52,385 nt of DNA from positions 1 through 52,385 of IMG/VR virus record IMGVR_UViG_3300035070_002282. The stretch is one strand, 5' to 3'. The notes under the pieces were generated by a model, which made no database searches, was not told the DNA's origin, and worked only from the letters and a program-made list of their open reading frames with translations. Source of the DNA: a virus. Lineage: Duplodnaviria; Caudoviricetes. The position numbers and the translations under genes are program-made. Positions 29,509 to 39,119 of this stretch are shown here, piece by piece (the first letter of the stretch is position 1; every line of letters starts with the position of its first letter).

Positions 29509-30731
29509 AGGATGCCTAAATCCATTGTTCTTACAACTTGTTCTTGTAATGTGTCGAATATTAATACAGTTTGAAATGCATCACTTTCACCATAAGGGAG
29601 TGCAAATATTACATCATTAACTATTACGCAATTATTGTATTTTTCTATTGTAGTTGAATCTTTAAAATATTCACTTACGTCTATAGTATAGTGCGAATCG
29701 TCTGTAGTGTCAACTACTAATATTTCTGCAAGGTCGCCTTGGCTTTTCCAAGTTTCTACTGGCTCGCATACGCATCCCCCTCTAGGAATGTAATAAATTT
29801 TTCCTTGACTGTTTTCTACACCTGCAAAATACTTTTTACTTTCCTTACCGATGCCTAAGTCTTTAGTATACCATGTATCGGTATTACTATTAACAATGAG
29901 CATTTCACTCCAGTCTTCTTCATGTCCTGCAGGCGGAAAATAAATTTTGCCATTACGTGCAACAGTGTGTGTATAATACATTCTGCTAGTAGCAGTTAAG
30001 CCTGTATGTTCGCTAAACCATTGTGTTCCGTCAAAGCGTAATAATAAATCAAACTCCGGGTTTTCACTATACGGCGGAGCATATAGTTTACGTCCTACCT
30101 TGGCTAGAGTAGTAAATTTTTTATTGGTGTAAGTTTTGTTAGCAATAGGTAGCCAATGATTGCGCATGTCAATAAGTTCGTATTGTTTAGCATTGCAGTC
30201 GTAATGAATTCTGCAATGAAACATTTCGTGTTCCCATGCTTCGCCGCGAGGCACTCCGTAAATGATTCCGTCTATTATTTGTGTAGTATGCCATTTTTTG
30301 CAATCTTCAAACGGCACGTCTATGTGTATATGCGTAAGAGAATGATCGTTTAGATTAATATGCATTGCCCAACTAAACGGTTCGTGTTCTCCGTACGGTA
30401 GTGCTACAATTTCATTACCGTGAATATGTCCTTGGATATACTTTCCTCTTCCTGGAATTGAAACAGCAATATACTCTATCTCGTCTGTTTCTGTATCTAC
30501 TACTAATATTTTACTTTCGTTGTACGGTAAGAAATAAATTAAGTTACGGTAAACAACACCTTTTTGCCACTTTTCTGTAGACTTATCGACATCAAGTTTA
30601 ATCTTTGTAATATTATATGTAACTGGATCGATCTTGAGCATATAGTCAAGCGACTCTGTTAATCCGTAAGGAGGGATGTAGATCATTCCGTTAGCACCTA
30701 CGGTAGCATAACTAAAGGCTTGTGGGGTCAA
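29505..30731 (-). CDS. beta-propeller (Kelch-like) repeat protein, paralog
   Basis: Recurring 'NG.IY.PPYG / IYFLPY / IVALPYG / IYGVPRG / KIYFPP / KIYYIPRG' blades; TTG 30731 preferred (GGAG upstream). Confidence 0.65.
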   Translation of the reverse strand: MTPQAFSYATVGANGMIYIPPYGLTESLDYMLKIDPVTYNITKIKLDVDKSTEKWQKGVVYRNLIYFLPYNESKILVVDTETDEIEYIAVSIPGRGKYIQGHIHGNEIVALPYGEHEPFSWAMHINLNDHSLTHIHIDVPFEDCKKWHTTQIIDGIIYGVPRGEAWEHEMFHCRIHYDCNAKQYELIDMRNHWLPIANKTYTNKKFTTLAKVGRKLYAPPYSENPEFDLLLRFDGTQWFSEHTGLTATSRMYYTHTVARNGKIYFPPAGHEEDWSEMLIVNSNTDTWYTKDLGIGKESKKYFAGVENSQGKIYYIPRGGCVCEPVETWKSQGDLAEILVVDTTDDSHYTIDVSEYFKDSTTIEKYNNCVIVNDVIFALPYGESDAFQTVLIFDTLQEQVVRTMDLGIL

Positions 30732-31167
30732 ATTTATCTCCAAATGCTGATTTTAAATCGTTGTGTAGTTTATTATAAGCTATGGTCTTAGGATATAAGT
30801 TAAGATTATCCCAGTCAATCATTTCGATATTATCTCCGTCAACTACTATGTTACTTAGCACCCAGTCACCGTGTGCATAGGGTGCTGTTTGATTAATGTT
30901 GTTTATACAAAACGTGTATATACGTTTTATAAATTCAGGAGTGTGATCTAATGTACTCGCAGCAACTCCTGGAACAATTTTAGTTTCGATAAACATTGAA
31001 TTATCTTTAACGCCATGGGCTAGTACAAAATTAGGTTTAATCTTGTTTAATAAGTCAACGTGTGCAGATAGCCACAGTTCGTCTTTGTACGTCCATTCTT
31101 TACGATATCGATCACTAAGTTTATAAACGCATCGTTGTTTTTCTTTATTTTGTTTAATCAATACCAT
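30712..31167 (-). CDS. minimal protein-kinase-like/phosphotransferase fold protein
   Basis: Catalytic loop HGDWVLSN followed by 'MIDWD' Mg-binding motif. Confidence 0.7.
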   Translation of the reverse strand: MVLIKQNKEKQRCVYKLSDRYRKEWTYKDELWLSAHVDLLNKIKPNFVLAHGVKDNSMFIETKIVPGVAASTLDHTPEFIKRIYTFCINNINQTAPYAHGDWVLSNIVVDGDNIEMIDWDNLNLYPKTIAYNKLHNDLKSAFGDKFDPTSL

Positions 31168-32188
31168 AGGCAGCAGCTACTTCTGGCAAATAATCTTTAA
31201 TTTTTATATTACGAAAACTATCTAACTTTCGTATATTATATCTAAATTCTTCTTGTTTTAATATGTCAGCTGGATAATTTTTCCAACTATCGATATATTT
31301 AAATTGAGACTTTAATGAATCAGGTGCGTTTTTAACATGCAAGTAATCTGGATCTCGTAAAAGATTTTCATATATTTTAAATTGCTGACTACTTGCCCAG
31401 TCTTTAATTTCGTCATAGTACGCAGCATTTAAAACACTTATACACGGGCTAATGTCTACCTTACAAAACTCTGCAAATATATTTGCGTTACGTTCTATGT
31501 CAGCCCATTTGCTGCCGTGCCTAATATACTCAATTCTTTTGCCGATGGCATCTAATGACAATGTCATTACTATTTTTGGAAATTTCTTAAGAATCTTTAT
31601 TACTTTAGGATTGGTAATAGTTGCATTTGTTGTAAATCTAATTATAACACTTGGATCGATTCTTTCTAAGAATTCTGGGAGATGTTTAATCATAAACGGT
31701 TCCCCACCTGCAAACGCTATTTCTTTAACAGGTAAATTTTCAAAATACGAAAAGAATTTTTCATCATACCAGTTTGCAACTGATTGCGGGAAGATCGGAT
31801 GTAACGGATCAATACCGTCAATCTTCATTTGTATCGCTTCTTCGTTAATGCTGCTACTAGATCCACTCCAGCAACTAATACATTTTAAATTACAACTATT
31901 ACCAAATCGTAAATCTAAATGAGAAATACCAGGACCGTAGTGATGTCTTTCTAAGCGCCTACTTTGTAAACCGGCTTCTTCTTTCCGCTTACAGCTTATA
32001 CACGCATCGGGCCAGTTACCATCTTTAAGTTGTTCTTTTGCAGTTTTAATAGGAGAACTAGTAAGCCATTCTTGCGGTGTGAGTTTATGAACAGTTTCAC
32101 CTGTGTTAACTTCCTGGCTTTCGCAGCAAAAACGATATTCACCGTTAGTAGCAACGTACACTTGGTTTTCCAATAATTTACATTCCAT
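31154..32188 (-). CDS. radical SAM protein with N-terminal SPASM/twitch-like domain
   Basis: CNLKCISC, AGGEP; N-terminal MEC..FCC..CISC; ATG 32188 preferred (avoids overlap with the divergent gene). Confidence 0.88.
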   Translation of the reverse strand: MECKLLENQVYVATNGEYRFCCESQEVNTGETVHKLTPQEWLTSSPIKTAKEQLKDGNWPDACISCKRKEEAGLQSRRLERHHYGPGISHLDLRFGNSCNLKCISCWSGSSSSINEEAIQMKIDGIDPLHPIFPQSVANWYDEKFFSYFENLPVKEIAFAGGEPFMIKHLPEFLERIDPSVIIRFTTNATITNPKVIKILKKFPKIVMTLSLDAIGKRIEYIRHGSKWADIERNANIFAEFCKVDISPCISVLNAAYYDEIKDWASSQQFKIYENLLRDPDYLHVKNAPDSLKSQFKYIDSWKNYPADILKQEEFRYNIRKLDSFRNIKIKDYLPEVAAAYGID

Positions 32189-32193
32189 GCTAT

Positions 32194-32207
32194 TATTTAC
32201 ATAAGTA
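32194..32207. promoter_or_regulatory. back-to-back late promoters: GTAAATA (-) and ATAAGTA (+, variant)
   Basis: tatttac 32194-32200 and ataagta 32201-32207 in a divergent intergenic gap. Confidence 0.55.
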
Positions 32208-32227
32208 TTACTAGATAAAGGCGTATT

Positions 32228-32944
32228 ATGACTGACGAGCATTACCAACAACTACAAAAATATTGGCAACAGCATAATAAAGAATACAATTATAAGTATC
32301 CTGATATGTTTGATCCTAAGTGGACTGTAACAGAAAGCGGCTGGCCCTGGATGCGGTTAAGTTCGTTAGACAACCAGCCTTGGAAAGAAATGCATTCTGA
32401 AGCAGAAGCATTATTAGAACATTTCAAGCCACACCGTGAAGATTACGGTCACGGCTGGCAAAGTTTAACATTACACGGATTAAATGACGATACCCAAAGT
32501 CTTAATCAGTATAGCAACAACAGACAGGAGACTCTTGACCAACTTGATTGGACTTGGGTAGCAGATCGTTGCCCTACTACTAAAAAGTTTTTAACAGATG
32601 TTTGGCCTGCAGAATATCTCAATCGTGTGAGATTTATGTTGCTAGAGCCGGGCGGTTATATACTTCCGCATCAAGATAGGCCCAGTGATCAAAAACGTCT
32701 AAGTGTATGTAACATTAGTCTTAATATGCCAGATGGATGTGAGATGATTATGAAAGATAAAGGCCGTGTTCCATTTGACAACAACGGTTCTGCTATGCTA
32801 ATGGATATCTCCAATGAACATGCAGTATGGAATAGAAGCAACACTCCTAGAATACATATGATTATACATTATGAACTAGGTAGAAGGCTGCGTGATTTTT
32901 TCTATGTTCTACGTAGCAGCTATTATACAAATAGAGAACAATGA
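32228..32944 (+). CDS. Asp/Asn beta-hydroxylase-like 2OG-Fe(II) oxygenase
   Basis: 'RVRFMLLEPGGYILPHQD...H.V.N.S..PRIH'. Confidence 0.85.
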   Translation: MTDEHYQQLQKYWQQHNKEYNYKYPDMFDPKWTVTESGWPWMRLSSLDNQPWKEMHSEAEALLEHFKPHREDYGHGWQSLTLHGLNDDTQSLNQYSNNRQETLDQLDWTWVADRCPTTKKFLTDVWPAEYLNRVRFMLLEPGGYILPHQDRPSDQKRLSVCNISLNMPDGCEMIMKDKGRVPFDNNGSAMLMDISNEHAVWNRSNTPRIHMIIHYELGRRLRDFFYVLRSSYYTNREQ

Positions 32945-34413
32945 GAGATTACAATAGCATTTCAGAAGGTGAACGTTACTTCAATACTGCCCAGGTAGAT
33001 ATTCCTGTAGGCGTTAGTATGTTGGATATTAGTAGAGATATTCCTAATTATTTTGTACGTGAACAATGTTTTAGCATGACACATTGGATGATTAACCAAA
33101 GTGTAAAACAGAATCTTTGTGAGTACAGAGGGTTTAACCATAGCGTTAAAGAGTTACTATTAGCTAGTAAACGTGCAGGAGATAAAGTATGCATTATCTT
33201 AGCACAAGGAATGATGGCGCCTCGCCTCTATAAAATCATTAACAAGACTGCAACATACTTTAGAGAAAATCCTAACTTTTTCGTTGTTGGACATATTATG
33301 GCCAAACAAGAAAGATACCCAGGGTTGCATAGACAGATGCTTATAGTTAACATCGAAACTTGGGAGCGTCTTGGCGAGCCTGAATTTCTTGAGCAAGGAT
33401 TTTTTTGGGATAGAATACCGACATATCCTAACTACACATTAAGCGAAGAAACTATGAGTGCAGACTATACTCCAGCTTGGATTGCTCCTAGTAGCGGAAC
33501 GCAAAAATGTAGTGTAGTCGAAGACGGGTCAAATTGGATAGCACTGGCACTTGAAAATAACATAGTTATAGATAACTTAGATTTTGAAATGCGTGAATGT
33601 AAAGCATTTTTATATCCTTACGAAGATTCTGATTTATTAGAAAAGGCCTGGAAAAACCTACAAGACGAAACTTTAATTGATTCCATTAAAAATTATACAC
33701 AACGTGCTTGGCTAAGAAAATTAGCGTACCAAGAATTTATTGAAAAAGATAGAGTGTATGCGTATAACACAGAACGTCTTAGCGGAGAAGGTGTAAGAGC
33801 ACCTGCGCCTATAGACAGTATTTTTTCAGCAGCAGCAGGATTTAAAACCCTAGCACTATTACGAAATAACGGCTTTCACGAAAATACAATAGTTAACTAT
33901 TACGATTGGTGTGACTCTAGTATTAACTTTAAAAAGCATTTGTTAGAAACTTGGGACGGAGTTGACTTTGATAAGTGGTTACTAGAACACGACTTAGAGT
34001 ATAATTTTTCTAGTACATATCGCGGCAACTATTCAAAATTTTGGAAGAAAGAAATTGAAAAAGAATTTGAAAGTGCAGAAAAATTCAAAGAGTTATGGGA
34101 CAGATATAGAAAATTAGAACATAAGTTTTTTGTTGTCGACTTAGTTAATGAGCCAGAAAAACTTATAGAAGAAATTAATAACCAATCTGGCGTCAAAGTA
34201 TTATGGACTACTAATATTTGGCCAACTATGATGTTGCATTGGAATGTACATATAGATACCATAGAACAAAAATACTTGGCGTTTGAATCAATGCTACCTA
34301 AGGACATTGTCCTATACGGACAAGATTACCTAGCAAATGATTTGCAAGATAGGATTCGCAGTGACACTAGCGAAAGTCATCCTAGATTTAATACTGTATG
34401 GAAAGATCTATGA
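32941..34413 (+). CDS. hypothetical protein (possible C-terminal SAM-binding-like domain)
   Basis: 490-aa ORF with ATGA overlaps at both ends; 'FSAAAG...NYYD' Rossmann-like pattern (weak). Confidence 0.55.
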   Translation: MRDYNSISEGERYFNTAQVDIPVGVSMLDISRDIPNYFVREQCFSMTHWMINQSVKQNLCEYRGFNHSVKELLLASKRAGDKVCIILAQGMMAPRLYKIINKTATYFRENPNFFVVGHIMAKQERYPGLHRQMLIVNIETWERLGEPEFLEQGFFWDRIPTYPNYTLSEETMSADYTPAWIAPSSGTQKCSVVEDGSNWIALALENNIVIDNLDFEMRECKAFLYPYEDSDLLEKAWKNLQDETLIDSIKNYTQRAWLRKLAYQEFIEKDRVYAYNTERLSGEGVRAPAPIDSIFSAAAGFKTLALLRNNGFHENTIVNYYDWCDSSINFKKHLLETWDGVDFDKWLLEHDLEYNFSSTYRGNYSKFWKKEIEKEFESAEKFKELWDRYRKLEHKFFVVDLVNEPEKLIEEINNQSGVKVLWTTNIWPTMMLHWNVHIDTIEQKYLAFESMLPKDIVLYGQDYLANDLQDRIRSDTSESHPRFNTVWKDL

Positions 34414-35057
34414 AACGATATATAGAACAGCACGACTCAATAGAACTTGGCTGGAAAATTAAACCTTGGTTTCCTGTCGATCTTGATTTACTACGTGCGT
34501 GGTATGATAATTTAGAAACTAATTTTATTGATTGGAAGTTTATTGTCGGAGAAAATAAACACATATGGCAATTTCCAATTAGCGATCCGGATGCAAAGAC
34601 TGGGCATAGATTTATGGACGACACTGCATATTATACCTTATGTTGGAATAGTAATGAGCCCGGACCTAAGCCGTTTGAGCAAGGATGTGCCAAGGAAGAA
34701 TATCGCGACGATGACAACGATGAATTAAATCCACGTAAATGTTTTGACGGTTATGCATTAGATATTGTACAAAGTCTTCCAGTACGCAGTAAGAAATGGT
34801 TAGTAACTATCCATACACCTGGGACAAAATTAATTACCCATCAAGATTCTCCTGACAAAATTCGTGTACATATTCCTATACATACTAACAAAGATAGTAA
34901 TTGGATTATCGACGGCGAAGAAATACATATGGAACCAGGCTGGGCATATCTTGTAAATACAACAATCCCACATAGTGTAGAAAATAAAGGCACTACTGAT
35001 AGGATACATTTATATGGCAAAGTTTGGACAGACGATGTACAAAAACTTTTTAGTTAA
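34410..35057 (+). CDS. Asp/Asn beta-hydroxylase-like 2OG-Fe(II) oxygenase
   Basis: 'PGT....HQD....RVHIPI.TN....G.AYLVNT..PHS.EN.G..DRIH'. Confidence 0.85.
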   Translation: MKRYIEQHDSIELGWKIKPWFPVDLDLLRAWYDNLETNFIDWKFIVGENKHIWQFPISDPDAKTGHRFMDDTAYYTLCWNSNEPGPKPFEQGCAKEEYRDDDNDELNPRKCFDGYALDIVQSLPVRSKKWLVTIHTPGTKLITHQDSPDKIRVHIPIHTNKDSNWIIDGEEIHMEPGWAYLVNTTIPHSVENKGTTDRIHLYGKVWTDDVQKLFS

Positions 35058-35604
35058 AGAACTTGATATTAATTTTAACTTAGAGTATGCTTTAGAATAT
35101 TTAAATATTTTAGAAAGCAAATTTAACCATCTTCGGTGGAACGTTGAAGATGAAATTAATTCAGTAAGAGATGCAGATTTACAAGACAGTATAAAAGGAG
35201 TTTATGGATGGGGAATTCAAAGCAATTTAGAAGATCTCAATGCACCGTGTCCACCTTATAATATACATAAAAATAGTAGCGATGTATATCGTAATACTCC
35301 ACTGGTATTTGGATTTGCAGAACAACTTTTGCAAATGTTTCCGTCTGCCAGGCAACTAAGTATTGCAGCACACCCGCCAGGTACAAAAATTAGGACACAT
35401 ACTGACACTGACACCTGGCTAAAAATACATATTCCTTTAATCTCGACAGAGAACAGTTGGTTTATATTTGATGACAAAAAGTTTTATATGAAGCCAGGAA
35501 AGATGTATTTGGTAAACACATCAGTTCCGCACAGTACTAATAATGAAGGAACTGACACTAGAATTCATTTGTTTTTTAAAGTACCATCGGACATTGACTT
35601 ATGA
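35035..35604 (+). CDS. Asp/Asn beta-hydroxylase-like 2OG-Fe(II) oxygenase
   Basis: 'PGT....HTD....KIHIP....G.MYLVNT..PHST.N.G...RIH'. Confidence 0.85.
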   Translation: MYKNFLVKELDINFNLEYALEYLNILESKFNHLRWNVEDEINSVRDADLQDSIKGVYGWGIQSNLEDLNAPCPPYNIHKNSSDVYRNTPLVFGFAEQLLQMFPSARQLSIAAHPPGTKIRTHTDTDTWLKIHIPLISTENSWFIFDDKKFYMKPGKMYLVNTSVPHSTNNEGTDTRIHLFFKVPSDIDL

Positions 35605-36020
35605 TTAATGTTTTTTCTAGAGACGATATGATTGAGTATGTTAAAACACACGGAGTATTAAAGGACCAATTTTATATATCTATACTTTCGACTGGCGGTC
35701 CTAAAGGTATTCCTATATTCGAAGATCTGCCTAATGTAATTACAGAAGTGTTTGATGACGTCGAGTACGATTGTATTAAAACACAGTACCCGGATGGTAC
35801 AGCTCTTAGATTTGCAAGAGCTTTGACAAGTAAACAAGCAGACAATATAGCAGCCTTTATTAATGCTCTTCCATCTAATTATATATTAAATATACATTGC
35901 GTACACGGTGCTTCTAGAAGTGTTGCAATTGCTGAAGCAATTAAAAACAAACCGTGTTCTAAAGATGTAAACAAGCGAGTTTATAAAATGGTCAAGGAGC
36001 GACTAGATGGCATTTCATAA
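35601..36020 (+). CDS. protein-tyrosine/dual-specificity phosphatase-like protein
   Basis: HCVHGASRS = HCxxGxSRS (CX5R) P-loop. Confidence 0.8.
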   Translation: MINVFSRDDMIEYVKTHGVLKDQFYISILSTGGPKGIPIFEDLPNVITEVFDDVEYDCIKTQYPDGTALRFARALTSKQADNIAAFINALPSNYILNIHCVHGASRSVAIAEAIKNKPCSKDVNKRVYKMVKERLDGIS

Positions 36021-36678
36021 GACTAAAGAAGAATTAGAAAATGACAACAGTTGGCACTTTATTGAACTAACAAAGATGCACATTGATGTTCCTAAATTAA
36101 CTAAGTGGTATGATGATGTACTAACAACATTGCCTCATTTACGTTTTAATTTTGATAGACAAGATTTAGTAAAGCCCGGAGTAATGCAAAATATTTTATT
36201 AGGCCCAATGCATAGCTTTGGCATGAGTTGGCCAGTAGAACAAGAATTACCTATACCTCCTAGATATGCAGCATTGCCATATTTATATCCAGAAACGTTA
36301 GTTGATGAAGATTTATTTTCGAGTCAAATGAAAGTTATGGAACAATACAAGTTTGGATACTTTAAAGAATTATTTGAGTTATACGGAGAAGATTTCTTTT
36401 CTTGGGCACGAATAACAGTACACGAGTCTACAGCAAAGATTGATCCACATAGTGATTCAGAAGGCGGCGATGATATGTATAGATTGCACATTCCTATTAT
36501 AACTAACGATGATGCAATGTTCAATTGGGATGATTCGAGTTACAATTTTAAAGTAGGCAAGGCGTATCTAATTAACACTAGTATTACACATAGTACGCAT
36601 AACAAAGGCACTACAACTAGATCGCATATTATTTCACATCCTAAAAATATAAAATGGATTTTAGAGAACTTAGCATGA
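36007..36678 (+). CDS. Asp/Asn beta-hydroxylase-like 2OG-Fe(II) oxygenase
   Basis: 'PHSD....RLHIPIITN....G.AYLINT...HST.N.G...R.H'. Confidence 0.85.
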   Translation: MAFHKTKEELENDNSWHFIELTKMHIDVPKLTKWYDDVLTTLPHLRFNFDRQDLVKPGVMQNILLGPMHSFGMSWPVEQELPIPPRYAALPYLYPETLVDEDLFSSQMKVMEQYKFGYFKELFELYGEDFFSWARITVHESTAKIDPHSDSEGGDDMYRLHIPIITNDDAMFNWDDSSYNFKVGKAYLINTSITHSTHNKGTTTRSHIISHPKNIKWILENLA

Positions 36679-37874
36679 ATAAAACAATATGTATTGTTGG
36701 CGGAGGCAGCGCAGGGTGGATGGCTGCTGCGTATTTGGCAAAAAACACTCCGCATACTATTAGCCTTATTGAAAGTAAGAACATTCCTATAATCGGTGTA
36801 GGCGAAAGTACCTTTGCAAGTATGCCGACATTTCTAACAGAGTTGGGTATTACTGACGAAGACATTTACAAGGATTGTAGTGCTGTTAGGAAGTATGCAA
36901 TTAAGCATCACAATTGGAACGGCGACGGCGAAACTTGGACACATCGCTTTTGTTATAGTGACGACGACATAGAACAGCAGGATGCGTTAATGAACGATTA
37001 CGCAATTCCAGAAGAGAAATGGCGTTACGGGTTCCATTTAGATGCTACAAAGTTAGGACTATTAATTAAAGAAAAGTCTGCTATTCCAAATGGCGTAGAG
37101 CACATTATAGATGATATTATTGACGTTAATGTTACTAATGGGCAAGTAGATAGTATTGTGGGCAATAACGCAGTGTATACAGCAGATATGTTTGTAGACT
37201 GTACTGGATTTAAAGCATTACTTAGGGGAAAACTTCCTGCAGAATATAAATCGCACAACGCACTAATTAACAATTGTGCAGTATGCGGTCCGGGAACATA
37301 TGACAACGATGAAGCTCCGTTACCGTATACCGAAACATGGGCAATGGACTACGGGTGGAAGTGGAGAGTATGTTTACAGCATAGAACAGGAAACGGATAT
37401 GCTTTTAATAAAGACATGATTTCTGTAGAAGAAGCAACGCAAGAATTTATTAAAACAACACCGGGACTTAACAAAGATAAAATTTTTGTTGTAGATATAA
37501 ACAATACATACAACCCCGAACCATGGAAGGGTAATGTAATTTCGTTTGGACTTAGTTGCGGATTCTTAGAGCCACTTGAAGCAACTGGGCTGTACTTAGT
37601 GTACGGACCTTTAGAATTTTTTACGAGATTACTTGATGATCCAAAAGGTGCTCAAAAGTTTAATAGATTATGGAATCGGTTGTATACACATGTTACAGAA
37701 TTTGTGTCACATCAATTTACAACTAGTAAACTGAATCATACAGAATATTGGAGAAGTATTCCTAAAGTTGACAAAGTTGAACCTAAACACGTTCATTTTA
37801 ATAATAGTGTGTTTACTTACTACAATTATAAGTTACTTGCAGATGTGAGAAACTTGCCTCTAGTTGTTAAGTAA
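36675..37874 (+). CDS. flavin-dependent (tryptophan) halogenase-like protein
   Basis: IVGGGSAGW, IGVGEST, K in 'RKYAI', FVDCTGF, GWKWRV (WxWxIP variant), R.GNGY, GLSCGFLEPLEATG. Confidence 0.85.
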   Translation: MNKTICIVGGGSAGWMAAAYLAKNTPHTISLIESKNIPIIGVGESTFASMPTFLTELGITDEDIYKDCSAVRKYAIKHHNWNGDGETWTHRFCYSDDDIEQQDALMNDYAIPEEKWRYGFHLDATKLGLLIKEKSAIPNGVEHIIDDIIDVNVTNGQVDSIVGNNAVYTADMFVDCTGFKALLRGKLPAEYKSHNALINNCAVCGPGTYDNDEAPLPYTETWAMDYGWKWRVCLQHRTGNGYAFNKDMISVEEATQEFIKTTPGLNKDKIFVVDINNTYNPEPWKGNVISFGLSCGFLEPLEATGLYLVYGPLEFFTRLLDDPKGAQKFNRLWNRLYTHVTEFVSHQFTTSKLNHTEYWRSIPKVDKVEPKHVHFNNSVFTYYNYKLLADVRNLPLVVK

Positions 37875-38404
37875 TTTTCTACATTTAATCTATACAAATT
37901 TTGAGTAGTGTAATACAGCTCAATACCTTCGTGTTCTAAAGTTAGTAATCCACGTTTAACCATAAGCGGTGCTATAGATCTTGTAAGCCTGTAGCTGCTA
38001 GGAGCATGAGTATTCTTATGTGTATTTGTACTAATATATAATTTAGCATTAGGATTGTGTCGAGTTATTTCTTGCACTTGTTCGTGTAATAAGTATGACC
38101 AGTGTACACTGCTCTTAAAGTAATTTTTAGACATACCGACAGGATTGTAGTTAGGTAGTTGTGCACCTCTGAATAATACACGATACGAGTTGCTATCTAG
38201 CTCAAGTTTATGATAACCTGCTAGAGAATAAATTTCATTATTGTCAACAGCAGCAAACCATTTGCCCTGCTGCCATTTCATCTTTTCTAAAGAACTGTTG
38301 TTTTCGATGCCAAGGGCACTGCATTTATTACAGAATTCTACAACACGATCAATGTCAGACTCATTTAGTTTAATAATATGTCTATTAGGATTATTAAAAA
38401 TCAT
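37826..38404 (-). CDS. hypothetical protein, possible GNAT-fold acyltransferase
   Basis: 'WFAAVDNNEIYSLAGY...YRVLFRGAQ...LYISTN' strand order resembles GNAT (weak). Confidence 0.45.
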   Translation of the reverse strand: MIFNNPNRHIIKLNESDIDRVVEFCNKCSALGIENNSSLEKMKWQQGKWFAAVDNNEIYSLAGYHKLELDSNSYRVLFRGAQLPNYNPVGMSKNYFKSSVHWSYLLHEQVQEITRHNPNAKLYISTNTHKNTHAPSSYRLTRSIAPLMVKRGLLTLEHEGIELYYTTQNLYRLNVENYLTTRGKFLTSASNL

Positions 38405-39032
38405 TTTTCCATGTACTCTTATTACTAGTATCTAGTCTATGTAAAAACGTTTTTGTTTCTAAATCAAATATATCTCCGGTATGAAACCCGTTTATAACAC
38501 ATTCGCCTTCTGCTGTAAATTCCACAGCGTATCCGTCTTTAGGCGTAAAATCAAATGAACTTGTGTTATAACCTACAAATACCGGAGGAGGCATCTCTGT
38601 CAATCCGTACCAATTTGCTACTGTTTCGACGCCTTTATTTCTAAATGCATCAATCATTGCTTGATCAATTGCTCCGCTTCCTACAACCATGTAGCGAACA
38701 CAATTCATATCTAGTTCGTGCCAACCTTTAGTCTTACTTAATATTTCGTAGTGTCGTGGTACTAAACTAATAACTGTGGGTTGAAATTCATTAAACGATT
38801 TAACATAATTGTAAGGATCAAAGTTAGTGCTAAATAAATGTGCGCCTGCGGTTAACGCTGGCATTGCAGTCACAGTGTAGTTTGCAATCACATTTGCTGG
38901 AAATACATTTAGAACACGATCATGCTTTGTAAGACCTATTTCTTTTATAGATCGTTGTACATGTTCAGTAATAGATTTATGATGTATTAACTTAGGTTCT
39001 TTAGTACTTCCGCTAGTGTGCAGTGTAATCAT
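38394..39032 (-). CDS. truncated AMP-binding (acyl-adenylate-forming) enzyme
   Basis: TSGSTKEPK (A3), YGLTE (A5), FHTGD (A7); ATG 39032 preferred. Confidence 0.8.
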   Translation of the reverse strand: MITLHTSGSTKEPKLIHHKSITEHVQRSIKEIGLTKHDRVLNVFPANVIANYTVTAMPALTAGAHLFSTNFDPYNYVKSFNEFQPTVISLVPRHYEILSKTKGWHELDMNCVRYMVVGSGAIDQAMIDAFRNKGVETVANWYGLTEMPPPVFVGYNTSSFDFTPKDGYAVEFTAEGECVINGFHTGDIFDLETKTFLHRLDTSNKSTWKNDF

Positions 39033-39063
39033 AAATTTTAATCCAATTATTGGTTTGCACAAA

Positions 39064-39079
39064 TATTTATAGATAAATA
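39064..39079. promoter_or_regulatory. back-to-back T4-like late promoters: TATAAATA (-) and GATAAATA (+)
   Basis: tatttata 39064-71 abuts gataaata 39072-79 in a divergent gap. Confidence 0.75.
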
Positions 39080-39119
39080 ATTAAAGCAGCATATAATGTG
39101 AACAATGGAATACTAAATT

